Below are positions 1-12,660 of a stretch of 64,000 nt of DNA, piece by piece. Location of the stretch: contig JAXLNO010000146.1 in the NCBI GenBank assembly GCA_038087875.1, forward strand, positions 682,001 to 746,000, written 5' to 3'. Below the pieces are notes generated by a model. It saw only the letters and a list, made by a program, of their open reading frames with translations. It was not told the origin of the DNA and made no database searches. Each line of letters opens with the position of its first letter. Positions within the stretch are counted from its first letter, which is position 1. The translations under genes were made by a program, and so were the position numbers. Source of the DNA: Malacoraja senta (Eukaryota).

Positions 1-1799
1 TCACGGGAATTTCGAAGGAGAGGGGATCTGAAAGAAACATATTAAATGATTAAGGGATTGGACAGGCTAGATCTTGGAAAAATGTGCCTGATATTGGGGG
101 AGTCCAGAACCAGGGATCACAGTTTAAGTACAGAGTTGTGAATCTATGGAATTCTCTGCCACAGAAGGCAGTGGAGGCCAATTTACTAGATGTATTCAAG
201 AGAGAGTTAGATAGCTCTTAGGGCTAACGGAATCAAGGGATATGGGGAGAGATCGGGAACAGGGTACTGATTCTGGATGATCAACCGTGATCATATTGAA
301 TGGCGGAGGGCCGAGTGGCCTACTCCTCCACCTATTTTCTATGTTTCTATGTTCAGACCTGGAGCGTCACCTATCCCTTTTTCTCCAGAGATGCTGCCCG
401 ACCCGCTGAGTTACTCCAGAACTGCAGATGCTGGTTTAAACCAAAGATAGACACAAAAAGCTGGAGTAACTGAGCGGGTCAGACAGCATCTCTGGAGAAA
501 AGGAATAGGCAACGTTTCAGGTCGAGACGCTTCTTCAGGCCAGTCTGAAGGGTTTCGATCTGAAACGTCGCTATTCCTTTTCTCCAGAGATGTTGTCTGA
601 CCCGCTGTGTTACTCCAGCTTTTTGTGTCTATCCTGGAACATACTACCAGGGATGGTGGTGGAGGCAGCAGCAATAGTAAAACATAGAAACATAGAAAAT
701 AGGACATTCGGCACTTCGAGCCAGCACCGCCATTCAATATGTTCATGGCTGATCATCCAGAATCAGTACCATGTTCCTGCATTTTCCCTATATCCCTTAA
801 TTGCGTTAGTCCTAAGAGCTATATCTAACTCTCTCTTGAATACATCCTGTGAATTGGCCTCCACTGCCCTCTGTGGCAGAGAATTCCACAGATTCACAAC
901 TCTCTGGGTGGAAAAACTTTTCCTCATCTCAGTCCTAAATGGCCTACCCCTTATTCTTAAACTGTGACCGCTGGTTCTGGACTCCCCCAACATCGGGAAC
1001 ATTTTTCCTGCATCTAGCCTGTCCAATCCCTTAATCATTTTATATGTTTCTATAAGACCCCGCCTCATCCTTCTACATTCCAGTGAATATAGTAGTACAT
1101 AAGAGAGTTTTAGATTGGCACATGGATATGCAGGGAATGGGAGGGATATGGATCATGTGTAGGTAGTGGTGATTAGCTTATTTTGGTATAATGTTCAGCA
1201 CAGACATTGTGGGTGAAAGGTCCTCCTCCTGTGCTGTTCTATTGGATGTTCTTGGGGTAGATTCCGTAGCTTTAAGGTGAGAGGAGAGAAGTTTAAAGGA
1301 GATTTACGTGGCAAGTTGTAGATTTCAGTTTAGGTTTATTACTGTCACATGTACTGAAGTACAGTGAAAAGCTTTGTTTTCATGCTATCCATTCAAAGTC
1401 AGATAACACTACACATAAACACAACCAACTCAGCTACAATAGGTGGAGTGAAGGAAAAGATACAGAGTGCAGACTACAGTTTTCAACATTGTAGCGCAAC
1501 AGTTTCAGAGACAAAGTCCAATGTCTGCAATGGGGGAGAGCAGAATCAGACTGTACTCTAGCTTATGGAAAGACCATTGTGAAGCCTAATACCAGATGGG
1601 AAGGAGGTGTCCCTGAGTCTTGTGTAGTGGAATAGAGTTCTCAGAATATATTTGTTTACACAAGAGAGCAGTAGGTGCCTGGAGCTCACTGTCAGGGGAA
1701 GCGAGGGAACAAATACAACAGCAACACTTAGGACACATTTCAAAAGGCACATAAAACAGTTGGAGATTTGAGGAGATATAGACGAGGTGAAGGAAGATG
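1..1799. repeat. Copy 1 of a local segmental duplication (mosaic of CR1 3' ends, Penelope ends and other repeats)
   Basis: Colinear near-identity to 6718-8504. Paired ORFs 411-746/7130-7447, 590-967/7294-7668 and 763-1068/7464-7769 confirm it. Confidence 0.92.
683..1090 (-). mobile_element. CR1-clade LINE 3' fragment
   Basis: Translates as RGLIETYKMIKGLDRLD...FSTQRVVNLWNSLPQRAVEA. The tail (aacatagaaacatagaaa) is the reverse complement of the TTCTATGT repeat. Confidence 0.85.
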
Positions 1800-2589
1800 G
1801 AATATGAGGGGCTGCTCCTCCAGTTTGCAAATTGCCCCACTCTGGCAATGGAGGAGGCCTGAGGCGGAAAGATCAGTTTTGGATTGAAGATCGACACAAA
1901 ATGCTGGAGTAACTCATCGGGTCAGGCGGGATCTCTGGAGAAAAGGAATAGGAGACGTTTCGGGTCGAGGTCAAGTTTGGAATGGGAAGGGGAGTTAAAA
2001 TGTTTAGCAACCGGGAGATCCAGAAGCCTTTGATGGACCGAGTGCAAGTGTTCAATGAAGGAGTAGTATCATTGTGTGTGTGTATGTGAATCTGTGTTTG
2101 CATTGTTCCATCCCTACCCATTGTACATTAAGTCCAGACTCCCCTTGGGTCTCGAGACATTAGGGGCAGATAGGCTGCTCGGCCAACTGCATTTTTCAAA
2201 AGCCCAGCACACAGATGAAAGCACAGACATTTCTTTCAGATTTAAAGAGATTCGGCAAGTCACCAAAAACTCTGACAAACCTATACAAAATTCAAAATGC
2301 GGAATAACTCAGCAGGTCAGGCAGCACCTGAGGAGGAAATAGAGAGGTGATGTTTTGGATCGGGACCCTTCTTCATTCCCGACCAGAAGCATCACCCATC
2401 TATCCACTTAGTCTACAGATGCTGCCTCACCCACTGAGCTACTCCATCACTTTGTGGTTTTCTCCAGGGTCCAGTATCTTTAGTTTCTTGTATCAAAATG
2501 TATATATATATGCCCTGTAGAAATGCTCCACAGTTCAGTTCAGTATCACTGAGGTACAGTGAATCAGGATACAATAGATTACATCGAGG

Positions 2590-3117
2590 CCTGGCACGGC
2601 AATTTCAATACACAGGAACACAAGGCACTGCAGAGAGTGGTGGAATCAGCCCACTCCATCATGGGCACAGCCCTGCCGTCCATGCAACACATCTAAAAAG
2701 ATGCTACCATCGGGCAGCAGGTACAGGTGCCTGAAGTCCCACACCAGTAGATTCAGGAACAGCTACTTACAAAAAGGTGCTACCATTGGGCAGAAGGTAC
2801 AGATGCCTGAAGTCCCACACCAGTAGATTCAGGAACACCTACTTTCCTACAACCATCAGATTCTTGAACTGACCTAATCAGACCTCCACAATGGAACACT
2901 ACAGACCATAAATGTGCTACCATGGAGTTGTTTTTCAAATTGTGTTTTGTATTAACGCCTTGTTTTTTTGCAGTCGTTTGCTTTCTTTTAACTGTTGTGT
3001 AGAATTTTGTGTAGATTATCTTTGATTTATGATTTTGTGTGTTGTCTGTATGAGTGATGCAAGCTATATCTCACCATTCTTGTGCATATGACAATAAACT
3101 CGACTCAATTCGACTTG
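2590..3117 (+). mobile_element. Degenerate Rex1/Babar-like LINE 3' fragment with a ~75-bp internal tandem duplication
   Basis: Shows a KALQRVV-like segment, two copies of taccat(c/t)gggcag...gattcaggaaca, and a tgacaataaa + actcgact tail. Confidence 0.6.
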
Positions 3118-4329
3118 ATCATGGCTGATGTGATTGTAAGGCTAATTCCACATTGCTGCCTATGCCCATAACTTTTTACCCCTTTATTGAAGTGCCGTTG
3201 AGACTTTGCTTCCACAGTGTGGAGCAGCTGATCAATCTGCTGCCTCACAGTATTAGAGACCTGGGTTTGATTCTGACCTTGGGTGCTGTCTGAGTGGAGT
3301 GTTGTCGCATAGGTTGCCTCTCACATCCAAAGGTGTGCAGGTGTGTAGAATAATTGGCCTCTGTGAATTCCAGAGTGGTGCAGCGGTAGACTTTAGAGAT
3401 GCAGTGGGAAACTGGCCTTTTGGCCCACCGGGTTCAGCACCAGAGACCCGGTTTGATCGTGGCTACATGTGCAGTCTGTAGGGAGTTTGTACATTCTCCC
3501 TGTGACCACGTGAGTTTTCTCCGGGTGCTCCAGTTTCCTCCCACATTCTAAAGACGGGCAGGTTTGCACGTTAATTGGCTTCCATAAATTTCCCTAGTGT
3601 GTTGGACATGAACCTGGGATATGAAGCGGTGACCGATGATCAGCATGGAGTATTGCAAGCAGTTCTGGTTGGCCCGATACAGAATGTGGAGGCTATGGAA
3701 AGGGTGCAGAAGGGGTTTACCAGAATGATATAATAAAAAGGAACTGCAGGTGCTTGTTTATGCCTAAGATAGACACAAGATGCTGGAGTAACTCAGCATC
3801 ATGATGCTGCCTGACCCACTGAGTTACTGCAGCATTTTGTGTTTAACAAAATTATGCCTGGCTTAGGGGGGTTTTAGCAACAGGGAAAGGTTGAACAGTC
3901 TTGGATTTTTTCTTCTCTGGAATACCAGAGGTTGCAAGGTGAACTGATTGAAGTAAATAAAATGATAGGAAGCATAGATAAGGTTGACAGAACCTATTTC
4001 CCAGGTTAAGAAATACCAAATACTAGAGGGTATAGCTTTAAGGTGAGAGGGGCAAAGTTTAAAGGAGATGTGTGGAGCAAGTTTATACACATAGGTCATT
4101 GAGTGTCTGCAACACACTTGTTCATCAAAGCCCTGAAGCCTAACCACCCCAGTTATGAATACAATTTCCATTGCAAAAACACTTCTAGCTGGCCCAATTA
4201 TTTGCTGTGCCTGCATTTCATCCTTTTGCAAACCATGTATAAGGAGAACCAACAATAAACACAAAGTGCTGGGGTCGTCAGCGGCTCAGCCGGCATCTAC
4301 GGAGAAAAAGGATGTGATGTTTCAGATCA

Positions 4330-7070
4330 GAAACATTCTAAACCAATATGTAGAGGAACCAACTAGAGGGCAGGCCATCCTAGACTGGATATTGTGTCAT
4401 GAGGAAAGATTAGTTAGCAATCTTGTTGTGCAAAGCCTCTTGGGCAACAGTGGTATGGTAGAATTCTGCATTAAGATGGAGAGTAACACAGTTAATTCAG
4501 AGACAAGGGTCCTGAACTTAAGGAAAGGTAACTTTGATGGTATGAGACTGGAATTGGCTGGGATAGACTGGCAAATGATACTTAAAGGGTTGACGGTGGA
4601 TATGCAATGGCAAAGATTTAATGGATGGGTGAATTACAACAATTGGTCATCCCTGTCTGGCGTAAAGATATAACAGGGAAGGCGGCTCAACTGTGGCTAA
4701 CGAGGGAAATTAGGGATAGTGCTAAATCCAAGGAAGGGGCATATACATTTACCAGAGGAAGCAGCAAACTGGAGGACTGGGAGAAATTTAAAATTCAAGA
4801 GGAGGACAAAGGGGTTGATTAAGAGTGGAAAAATAGAGCATGAAAGAAAGCTTGCAGGGAACACAAAAACTGACTGTAAAAGCTTCTTTAGATGTGTGAA
4901 GAGGAAAAGATTAGTGAAGACAAATGTAGGTCTCTTACAGTCAGAAACAGGTGAATTTATAATGGGAATCAAGGAAATGGCAGACCAGTTAAACAAGTAC
5001 TTTGGTTCTGTCTTCACTAAGGAAGACACAATCTCCCTGAAATACATGGGGACCGAGGATCTATCGCAGGGGTCGGCAACCTTGTTCTGCATAGGAGCCG
5101 GGACGCATGTCTGTGAGCAGATGGCGGGCCATATCTATCACGTGTACACATGGATCCCGCCCCAGATGGCAGGCATCACGTGTTCACAGAAGGTAGAGAA
5201 AAATGCTGGAGAAACTCAGCGGGTGAGACATGCAAGCATTTTTGTCTACCTTCGATATTTCCAGCATAGGCAGTTCTTTCTTAAACGGGTTCACAGAAGG
5301 TGCGCGGCCGTGCTGGCAACTTTGTGCAGGATACGGTACAGCCAGTGCTCGGCCGCGCTCGGGGAGCTGCTGCTTGGGGCGTTGCTGCTCGGGGCGCTCG
5401 ACCGCTGCTCGGGGCGTTGCTGCTTGGGGCGCTCGGCCACTGCCCGGGGTGCTCGACCGCTGCTCGGGGCGCTCGGCTGCTGCTCGGGGCGCTCGACGGG
5501 GGAAAAAATACGCCTGCGGGCCGGATGATTTCGGGTTACGGGCCGCAGTCGGCCTGGGTTGCCGACCCCTGATCTAGCGTGATGGAGGAACTGAAGGAAA
5601 TTCACATTAGTCCTGAAATTCTGTTGGGTAAACTGTTAGGACTTAAGACAGATAAATCACCAAGGTCTGATGGTCTGCATCCCAGAGTACTCAAGGAGGT
5701 GGCCCTAGAAATCATGGATGCATTGGTGATCATTGTCCAATGTTCGACAGACTCTGCATCAGTTCCTGTAGACTGGAAGGTAGCTAATGTAAATCAACTT
5801 TTTAAGAAAGGAGGGAGAAAAAACAGGGAATTATAGACCAGTTAGCCTGACCGTTAGTGGGGAAGATGCTTGAGTCGATTATTAATGATGTAATAGCAGC
5901 GCATTTGGAAAGCACTGACAGGTGACAGTAGAATGGATAAGGGAGACCAGTGGAAGTGGAGTGTTTGGCTTTAAAAAGCCTTTGACAAGTCCCACACAAG
6001 AGATTAGTGTGCAAAATTAGAGCACATGGTATTGGGAGTAGGGTATTGACATGAATAGAGATCTGGTTGGCTGACAGGAAGCAAAGGGTTATTTTCAGAA
6101 TGGCAGGCAGTGACTAGTGGGGTGCCCCAAGGCTCAGTGCTGGGATCCCAGTTATGTACAATATATATTAACAATTTAGTTGAAGGAATTAAATGTAACA
6201 TCTCCAAGTTTGTGGATGACACAAAGCTGGATGGCAGTTTGAGCTGCGAGGAGGATGTTATGAGACTGCAGGGTGACTTGGATAGGTGAGTGGGCAGATG
6301 CATCCCTTGGATGGGTGAGTGGGCAGATGCAGTATAATGTGGATACATGTGAGGTTATCGACTTTGGTGGCAAGAATATGAAGGCAGATGATTATCTGAA
6401 TGGTGTCAGATTAGAAAAAGGGGAGTTGCAACGAGACCTGTGTGTCCTAATACATTAGTTACTGAAAGTAAGCATGCAGGTACAGCAGGCAGTGAAGAAA
6501 GCAAATGGCATGTTGACCGTCATAACAAGAGGAGTTGAGCATAGGAGCAACAAGGTCCTACTGCAGTTGTACAGGGCCCTGATGAGATCGCAACTGGTCT
6601 GCTAATTTGAGCAAGGACATTCTTGCTATTGAGGGAGTGTGGATTAAGTTCACCAGGTTAATTCCCGGGATGGCAGGGTTAACATATGATGAAAGAATGG
6701 ATCGACTGGGCTTATATTCATGGGAATTTCAAAGGATGAGAGGGGATCTGAAAGAACATATTAAATGATTAAGGGATTGGACAGGCTAGATGTAGGAAAA
6801 ATGTTCCTGATATTGGGGGAGTCCAGAACCAGGGATCACAGTTTAAGTACAGAGTTGTGAATCTATGGAATTCTCTGCCACAGAAGGCAGTGGAGGCCAA
6901 TTCACTTGATGTATTCAAGAGAGCTCTTAGGGCTAATGGAATCAAGGAATGTGGGGAGAAATCGGGAACAGGGTACTGATTCTGGATGATCAACCGTGAT
7001 CATATTGAATGCCAGTGCTGGTGCAAAGGGCCGAGTGGCCTACTCCTCCATCTATTTTCTATGTTTCTAT
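4330..7070 (+). mobile_element. CR1-clade LINE, 5'-truncated and degenerate (ORF2 EN end to RT and 3' tail)
   Basis: Motifs QYVEEPTRGQAILDWIL, KSFFRCVKRKR and KSPRSDGLHPRVLKEVA are present, plus agtggggtgccccaaggctcagtgctggga (SGVPQGSVLG). It ends in tttctatgtttctat. Confidence 0.9.
5068..5571. mobile_element. Non-autonomous hAT (Charlie-like) MITE inserted in CR1
   Basis: Perfect 15-bp TIRs caggggtcggcaacc / ggttgccgacccctg. The 8-bp TSD is atctatcg (5060-5067) and atctagcg (5572-5579). Confidence 0.85.
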
Positions 7071-8504
7071 ATTCAGACCTATAGCGTCACCTATCCTTTT
7101 TCTCCAGAGATGCTGCCCGACCCGCTGAGTTACTCCAGAACTGCAGATGCTGGTTTAAACCAAAGATAGACACAAAAAGCTGGAGTAACTGAGCGGGTCA
7201 GACAGCATCTCTGGAGAAAAGGAATAGGCAACGTTTCAGGTCGAGACCCTTCTTCAGGCCAGTCTGAAGGGTTTCGATCCGAAACGTCGCTATTTGTCTG
7301 ACCCGCTGTGTTACTCCAGCTTTTTGTATCTATCCTGGAACATACTACCAGGGATGGTGGTGGAGGCAGCAGCAATATTAAAACATAGAAACATAGAAAA
7401 TAGGACATTCGGCACTTCGAGCCAGCACCGCCATTCAATATGTTCATGGCTGATCATCCAGAATCAGTACCATGTTCCTGCATTTTCCCTATATCCCTTA
7501 ATTGCGTTAGTCCTAAGAGCTATATCTAACTCTCTCTTGAATACATCCTGTGAATTGGCCTCCACTGCCCTCTGTGGCAGAGAATTCCACAGATTCACAA
7601 CTCTCTGGGTGGAAAAACTTTTCCTCATCTCAGTCCTAAATGGCCTACCCCTTATTCTTAAACTGTGACCGCTGGTTCTGGACTCCCCCAACATCGAGAA
7701 CATTTTTCCTGCATCTAGTGTGTCCAATCTCTTAATCATTTTATATGTTTCTATAAGATTCCCTCTCATCCTTCTAAATTCCAGTGAATATAGTAGTACT
7801 TAAGAGTGTTTTCGATTGGCACATGGATATGCAGGGAATGGAGGGATATGGATCATGTGTAGGTAGTGGTGATTAGTTATTTTGGTATAATGTTCAGCAC
7901 AGACATTGTGGGTGAAAGGTCCTCCTCCTGTGCTGTTCTATTGGATGTTCTTGGGGTAGACACCATAGCTTTAAGGTGAGAGGAGAGAAGTTTAAAGGAG
8001 ATTTATGTGGCAAGTTGTAGATTTCAGTTTAGGTTTATTACTGTCACATGTACTGAAGTACAGTGAAAAGCTTTGTTTTCATGCTATACATTCAAAAGTA
8101 GGATAATACTACACATAAACACAACCAATCCACACTCAGCTACAATAGGTGGAGTGAAGGAAAAGATACAGAGTGCAGACTACAGTTTTCACCATTGTAG
8201 CGCAACAGTTTCAGAGACAAAGTCCAATGTCTGCAATGGGGGAGAGCAGAATCAGACTGTACTCTAGCTTATGGAAAGACCATTGAGAAGCCTAATACCA
8301 GATGGGAAGGAGCTGTTCCTGAGTCTTGTGTAGCGGAATAGAGTTCTCAGAATATATTTGTTTACACAAGAGAGCAGTAGGTGCCTGGAGTGCACTGTCA
8401 GGGAAGCGAGGGAACAAATAACAACAGCAACACGTAGGACACATTTCAAAAGGCACATAAACAGTTAGAGATTTGAGGAGATATAGACGAGGTGAAGGAA
8501 GATG
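6718..8504. repeat. Copy 2 of the local segmental duplication
   Basis: Matches 1-1799 with scattered substitutions and small indels. The copies diverge after gacgaggtgaaggaagatg. Confidence 0.92.
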
Positions 8505-8806
8505 TACAGTTTAGATCCTCATCGGCACAGACACGGTGAACCGAAGGGCCTGTTGTTGGTTTACACTGAAGATAGACACAAAATGCTGGAGAAACTCAGC
8601 GGGACAGGCAGCGTCTCTGGATAGAAGGAATGGGTGACATTTCGGGTTGAGACCCTTCTTCAAACTTTCAAGACCGATTGCTGTGTTGTATTGTTCCAGC
8701 TTCTACGAATGGCTGAGCCGTGTAAGACTGGAGGTTTCAGAATTGTAGCCATCAGGGGGATGTGGATGGATACAGAATGACACATCATGTCATTTGGTGT
8801 GTAAAC

Positions 8807-8812
8807 TTTATT
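8807..8812 (-). terminator. Polyadenylation signal AATAAA of the TRIM gene
   Basis: tttatt on + strand about 400 nt past the stop codon, at the edge of unique 3' UTR-like sequence. Confidence 0.6.
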
Positions 8813-9214
8813 TAGCTTCATAAAAACCATTTAACAACTCATCTTAACAACCCGCCTTAACAACTCATCCCCCTCAAAACACCAAAGTGAAAATATTTGT
8901 GTTCACAGCAATATCAAACTGGACCTTGGATCCACACGCTTGTTAACCCCTCTTTAAAGCAGTTATCACCGTACAATAGTATGCACAGGTGCAGTTGGTG
9001 GGGCATCTATCTACAAGCACCACACAGCGCCCAACGTGCTTATTCCACACCGTGAGGCAGTGGATCTACCACCTGTGCCACTCTGCCGCCCTCATTACCT
9101 TTAATGCTTCCAACCAAGGGGCAAGAGTTAACCGGAAAAGCCTTGGGATTTATCCATCCCAGGTTGGAGCAGCTCCTTGGGAACAGCCCTGCGGACACAC
9201 TCCCAGGGTCAGTA

Positions 9215-9744
9215 TCAGGCCAGCCTGAGTGGGCTGCTACGGCCTTCCTTGTTGTAGTGGGGGTTGAAGAGAGGGAAGAGTGTCTGGGTGAACTTGTGGT
9301 GCAGGGTGTAGAGGTGGCACAGGCTGTCGGCATCGTAGAACGACAGGTGCCCCTCCTCGTAGTCCAGGTAGACGCGGACGGTTTGCGGCTTGTGTCGGAG
9401 GGGGAGGCTCCGGGGCCCCGGCCCACCCAGGTTGACCAGGTTGCCGTTGACCATCTCCAGCACCCAGTAGCCATCCTGCAGCACCAGCAGCCCGGTGATC
9501 AGCCGGTCGGCCAACTCGCTGGCCACCCCCAGCAAGCAGGCCTGGTTGCCCCCCAGCTCCACGTCCCAGTAGTGCCGCCCCGACTTGAAGCCGCTGCCGG
9601 CCAGCACGCACAGCCAGTGGTTGAAACGCTGGGGCGAGAGCGAGCACTCCCACCGCTTCTCACCGTCCACCACACTGCGCAGGTCCACGGACAGGAGCAG
9701 CCGGGGGTGAGCTGTCCATGCGTCCAGCTTCAGAGACTCCCGGG
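9215..9744 (-). CDS. TRIM gene terminal exon, PRY-SPRY (B30.2) domain
   Basis: Acceptor is tttcag|CC CGG. Motifs include SLKLDAWTAHPRLLLSVDLRSV, RFNHWLCVL, GFKSGRHYWDVE, GYWVL, VYLDYEEGHLSFYDA and FTQTLFPLFNP. TGA stop at 9215-9217. Confidence 0.95.
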
Positions 9745-9966
9745 CTGAAAGGCATGAAACAGTCGGTCAGTGGAGATTGTTCCCCACTGTGGGGCTCACA
9801 CTGTTGGCTTCATGGAAGGAAGCAGAGGGCGATGGTGGAAGGTTGCTTTTCGGGCTGGAGGCCCGTGACTAGTGGTGTGCCTCAGGGTTCGGTGCTGGGC
9901 CCATTGCTGCCTTGTCATCTCCATCAATAATGTTGATGAGAATGTGCAAGGCATGATTAGCAAGTG

Positions 9967-11015
9967 AAGATAGACACAAAAAGCTGGAGTAACTCAGTGG
10001 GACCGGCAGTATGTCTGGAGAGAAGGTAGACACAAAATGCTGGAGTAACTCAGCAGGTGAGGCAGCATCTATGGAGAGAAGGAATGGGTGACGTTTCGAG
10101 TCGAGACCCTTCTTCAGACTGATGGGGGGGGCGTGAAAAGATATAAAATGGGCGGAGACAATAGGACAACTGGGAAGGGGAGGGGATGGAGGGAGAAAGC
10201 AAAGGCTATCTGAAATTGGAGAAGTCAATGTTCATACCGCTGGGGTGTGAACTGCCCAAGCGAAATATGAGGTGCTGTTCCTCCAATTTGCACTGGGCCT
10301 CACTCTGACAATGGAGGAGGCCCAGGACAGAAAGGTCAGATTGGGAATGGGAGGAGGAGTTAAAGTGCTGAGCCACCGGGAGATCAGCTTGGTGACGACG
10401 GATTGAGTGGAGGTGTTCAGCGAAACGATCGCCGAGCCTACGCTTGGTCTCGCCGATGTAGAGAAGATGACACCTGGAACAGCGGATACAGTAGATGAGG
10501 TTGGAGGAGTGGCAAGTGAACCTCAGCCTCACCTGGAAAGACTGATTGGGTTCTTGGATGGAGTTGAGCGGGGAGGTTAGGGGACAAGTGTTGCATCTCA
10601 TACGGTTGCAGGGAAAGTACCTGGAGAGGATCTGGGAAGGGGCAAATTGACCAGGGAGTTATGGAGCGAATGGTCTCTGCAGAAAGCAGAGGGGGTGGAG
10701 ATGGGAAGATGTGTCCAGCAGTGGGATCCCGTTGGAGGCGTCGGAGGATTATATGTTGCATGCGACGGCTGATGGGGTGGAAGGTGCGGATAAGGTTGAT
10801 TCTGTCCTTGTTACGAATATGGGGAGGGGGAGTAAGAGCGGAGCTGCGGGATACAGAGGAGACCCTAGTGAGAGCCTCATCTATAATGGAAGAGGGGAAC
10901 CCCCGTTCCCTAAATCATGAGGACATGTCCGATGCCCCGGTATGGAACACCTCATCCTGGGTGCAGATGCGGCGTAAACAGAGGAATTGGGTGTAGGAGA
11001 TAGAGTCTTTACAGT
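9967..11015 (-). mobile_element. Penelope-like element 3' fragment (RT C-terminus, GIY-YIG endonuclease, 3' terminal repeat)
   Basis: ORF 10206-10601 reads FTCHSSNLIYCIRCSRCHLLYIGETKRRLGDRFAEH...GMNIDF. Confidence 0.9.
10085..10120 (-). ncRNA. Minimal hammerhead-ribozyme motif in a Penelope terminal repeat
   Basis: Minus strand reads agtCTGAAGAagggtctcgactcGAAAcGTCacc, with a GUC cleavage triplet. Confidence 0.65.
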
Positions 11016-11573
11016 GAAGACTCCTGTATCATGATCTATGACCTGAAATATTAACACTCTGTTTCTCTGTCTAAATGCTGCTTGGCCTGCTGATTATTTC
11101 CATCATTTACTGTTTTATAGTTTGTAAGCCAGGACAAAGCTTGATTGGCACCCCATCCACATTGGACTTTACTGGATTTAACAAAACATTATTCACGTTA
11201 TTCTCTTTATAATGTGTCTGTACACTGTGGATGGCTTGATTGTAATCACGTCTTGTCTTTCCGTTGACTGGTTAGCACTAAAACAGATTGTCATTGTGCC
11301 TCGGTACACTGGACAATAAACTCAACTCAAAGTCCATCATCAGTACAAAGTTGCTACAGTGGTCAAGTTTCTGGAGTGGGATTTGCAACCTTCTAAGAGG
11401 CACGTGTGGTACCACTGAGTCATAGCGCAATATAGCCCCCATGTAATGGATGTATGAGCAGCACATCCCGAACCCTGTCTCCCTGCACCCCCCACCCCCC
11501 CCCCCCCCGCCCACCCACCTCTCACCACCCCCTTTCCCTCCACCCCAACTCCCCAAAAAGCAGGATCACGTAC

Positions 11574-11689
11574 CTGGCACAAGTGCTTTCAGCTCATCCC
11601 AGATTTTAACGTAACGGAAATGTGTGATGATGGAGTCAGTGTGGAGATCGGTGGGAAAGTCCGTTGGAGCGATGTGTTCCTGTTTGCAT
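11574..11689 (-). CDS. TRIM gene 116-nt linker exon (CKQEHIAPTDFPTDLHTDSIITHFRYVKIWDELKALVP)
   Basis: Minus strand reads tgttccag|ATGCAAA...GTGCCAG|gtacgt, phase 2-1. The IW..LK motif is typical just before PRY. Confidence 0.88.
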
Positions 11690-12114
11690 CTGGAACATTG
11701 GATTGGAAGCTTGTGCACAAGAAGGAAGCTTTGCAAAGGCACAGATACCCACATTTCCCCACACCCTTCTGTAATCTGAGCCCTGGAACCAGCAGTGGGC
11801 CATCTCTCTCTATGACTTCTCTCTCTCTATGTAGCTTCAGGCAGCCTTGGGCTGCTTACTGTGCCCATTGAAAGTAAAACAAGAAAGGCTTTGAAATGCA
11901 CCCTGCAGCCAACAATGTTATTGATATTGTAGATTGCAGTCATTTCCCAGTTCCCCTAGGAAGTCAAGCAGCCAAATTATTTAGAGTGAGGTCCCACCAC
12001 GTGTGATAATGGTGATGGTAAAGGAATAAATATTGGCCAAAACTGTGCCTTTCGATCTTACACATGGATCGACACAACAATGTTTAAAAGAGCCATTAAG
12101 TGGAGTCACACTCA

Positions 12115-12660
12115 GAGTATTGAGTGTAGAAGTTGGGAGGTCATGTTGCAGTTATACAAGATGTTGGTGAGGCAACATTAAGAGTATTGTGTTCAGATTT
12201 GGACACCAAATTGTTGGAAAGATGTTATCAAGCCGGAAAAGTGTACAGATAAGTTTTACCAGGATGTTGACAGGACTCAGGGGCCTCAGCTACAGGCAAA
12301 GGTTCAGCAGGCTAGGACTCTATTCCTTGGAGCGCAGGAGTATGAGGGATGATCATATAGAGGTGTAGATCAGGTAAAGGCACAGTTTCTTGCCCAGAGA
12401 TGGGGAATTCAAGAACCAGAGGACATAGATTTAAGATGAGTAGGGGAAGATTTAATAGGAAACCGAGGGGTTACACAAAGGGTAACGTTTAAGGGTAAAG
12501 GCTATCTCAACGTTTAAGAAACACAGACGGATAAGATAGGTTTGGAGGGATATGGGCCAAATGCAGGCAGGTGGGACTAGAGTAAATGAGACATGTTGGT
12601 GGGTGTGGGGCAGGTTGGGCTGAAGGGCCTGTTTCAATGCTGTATGAATCTATGACTTTA
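12115..12660 (+). mobile_element. Degenerate CR1-like LINE 3' fragment
   Basis: A remnant of LQLYK.LVR..LEYCVQFW is followed by the typical gggctgaagggcctgtttc...gctgtatga...ctatgac end. Confidence 0.65.

Noticed and set aside
2225..2330. Possible + strand exon after catttctttcag
   Set aside because: No recognizable protein similarity or partner exons, and it runs into a Penelope-end repeat.
9104..9748. 214-aa + strand ORF and alternate-frame ORFs over the SPRY exon
   Set aside because: These are shadow ORFs from high-GC3 codon usage of the real minus-strand exon.
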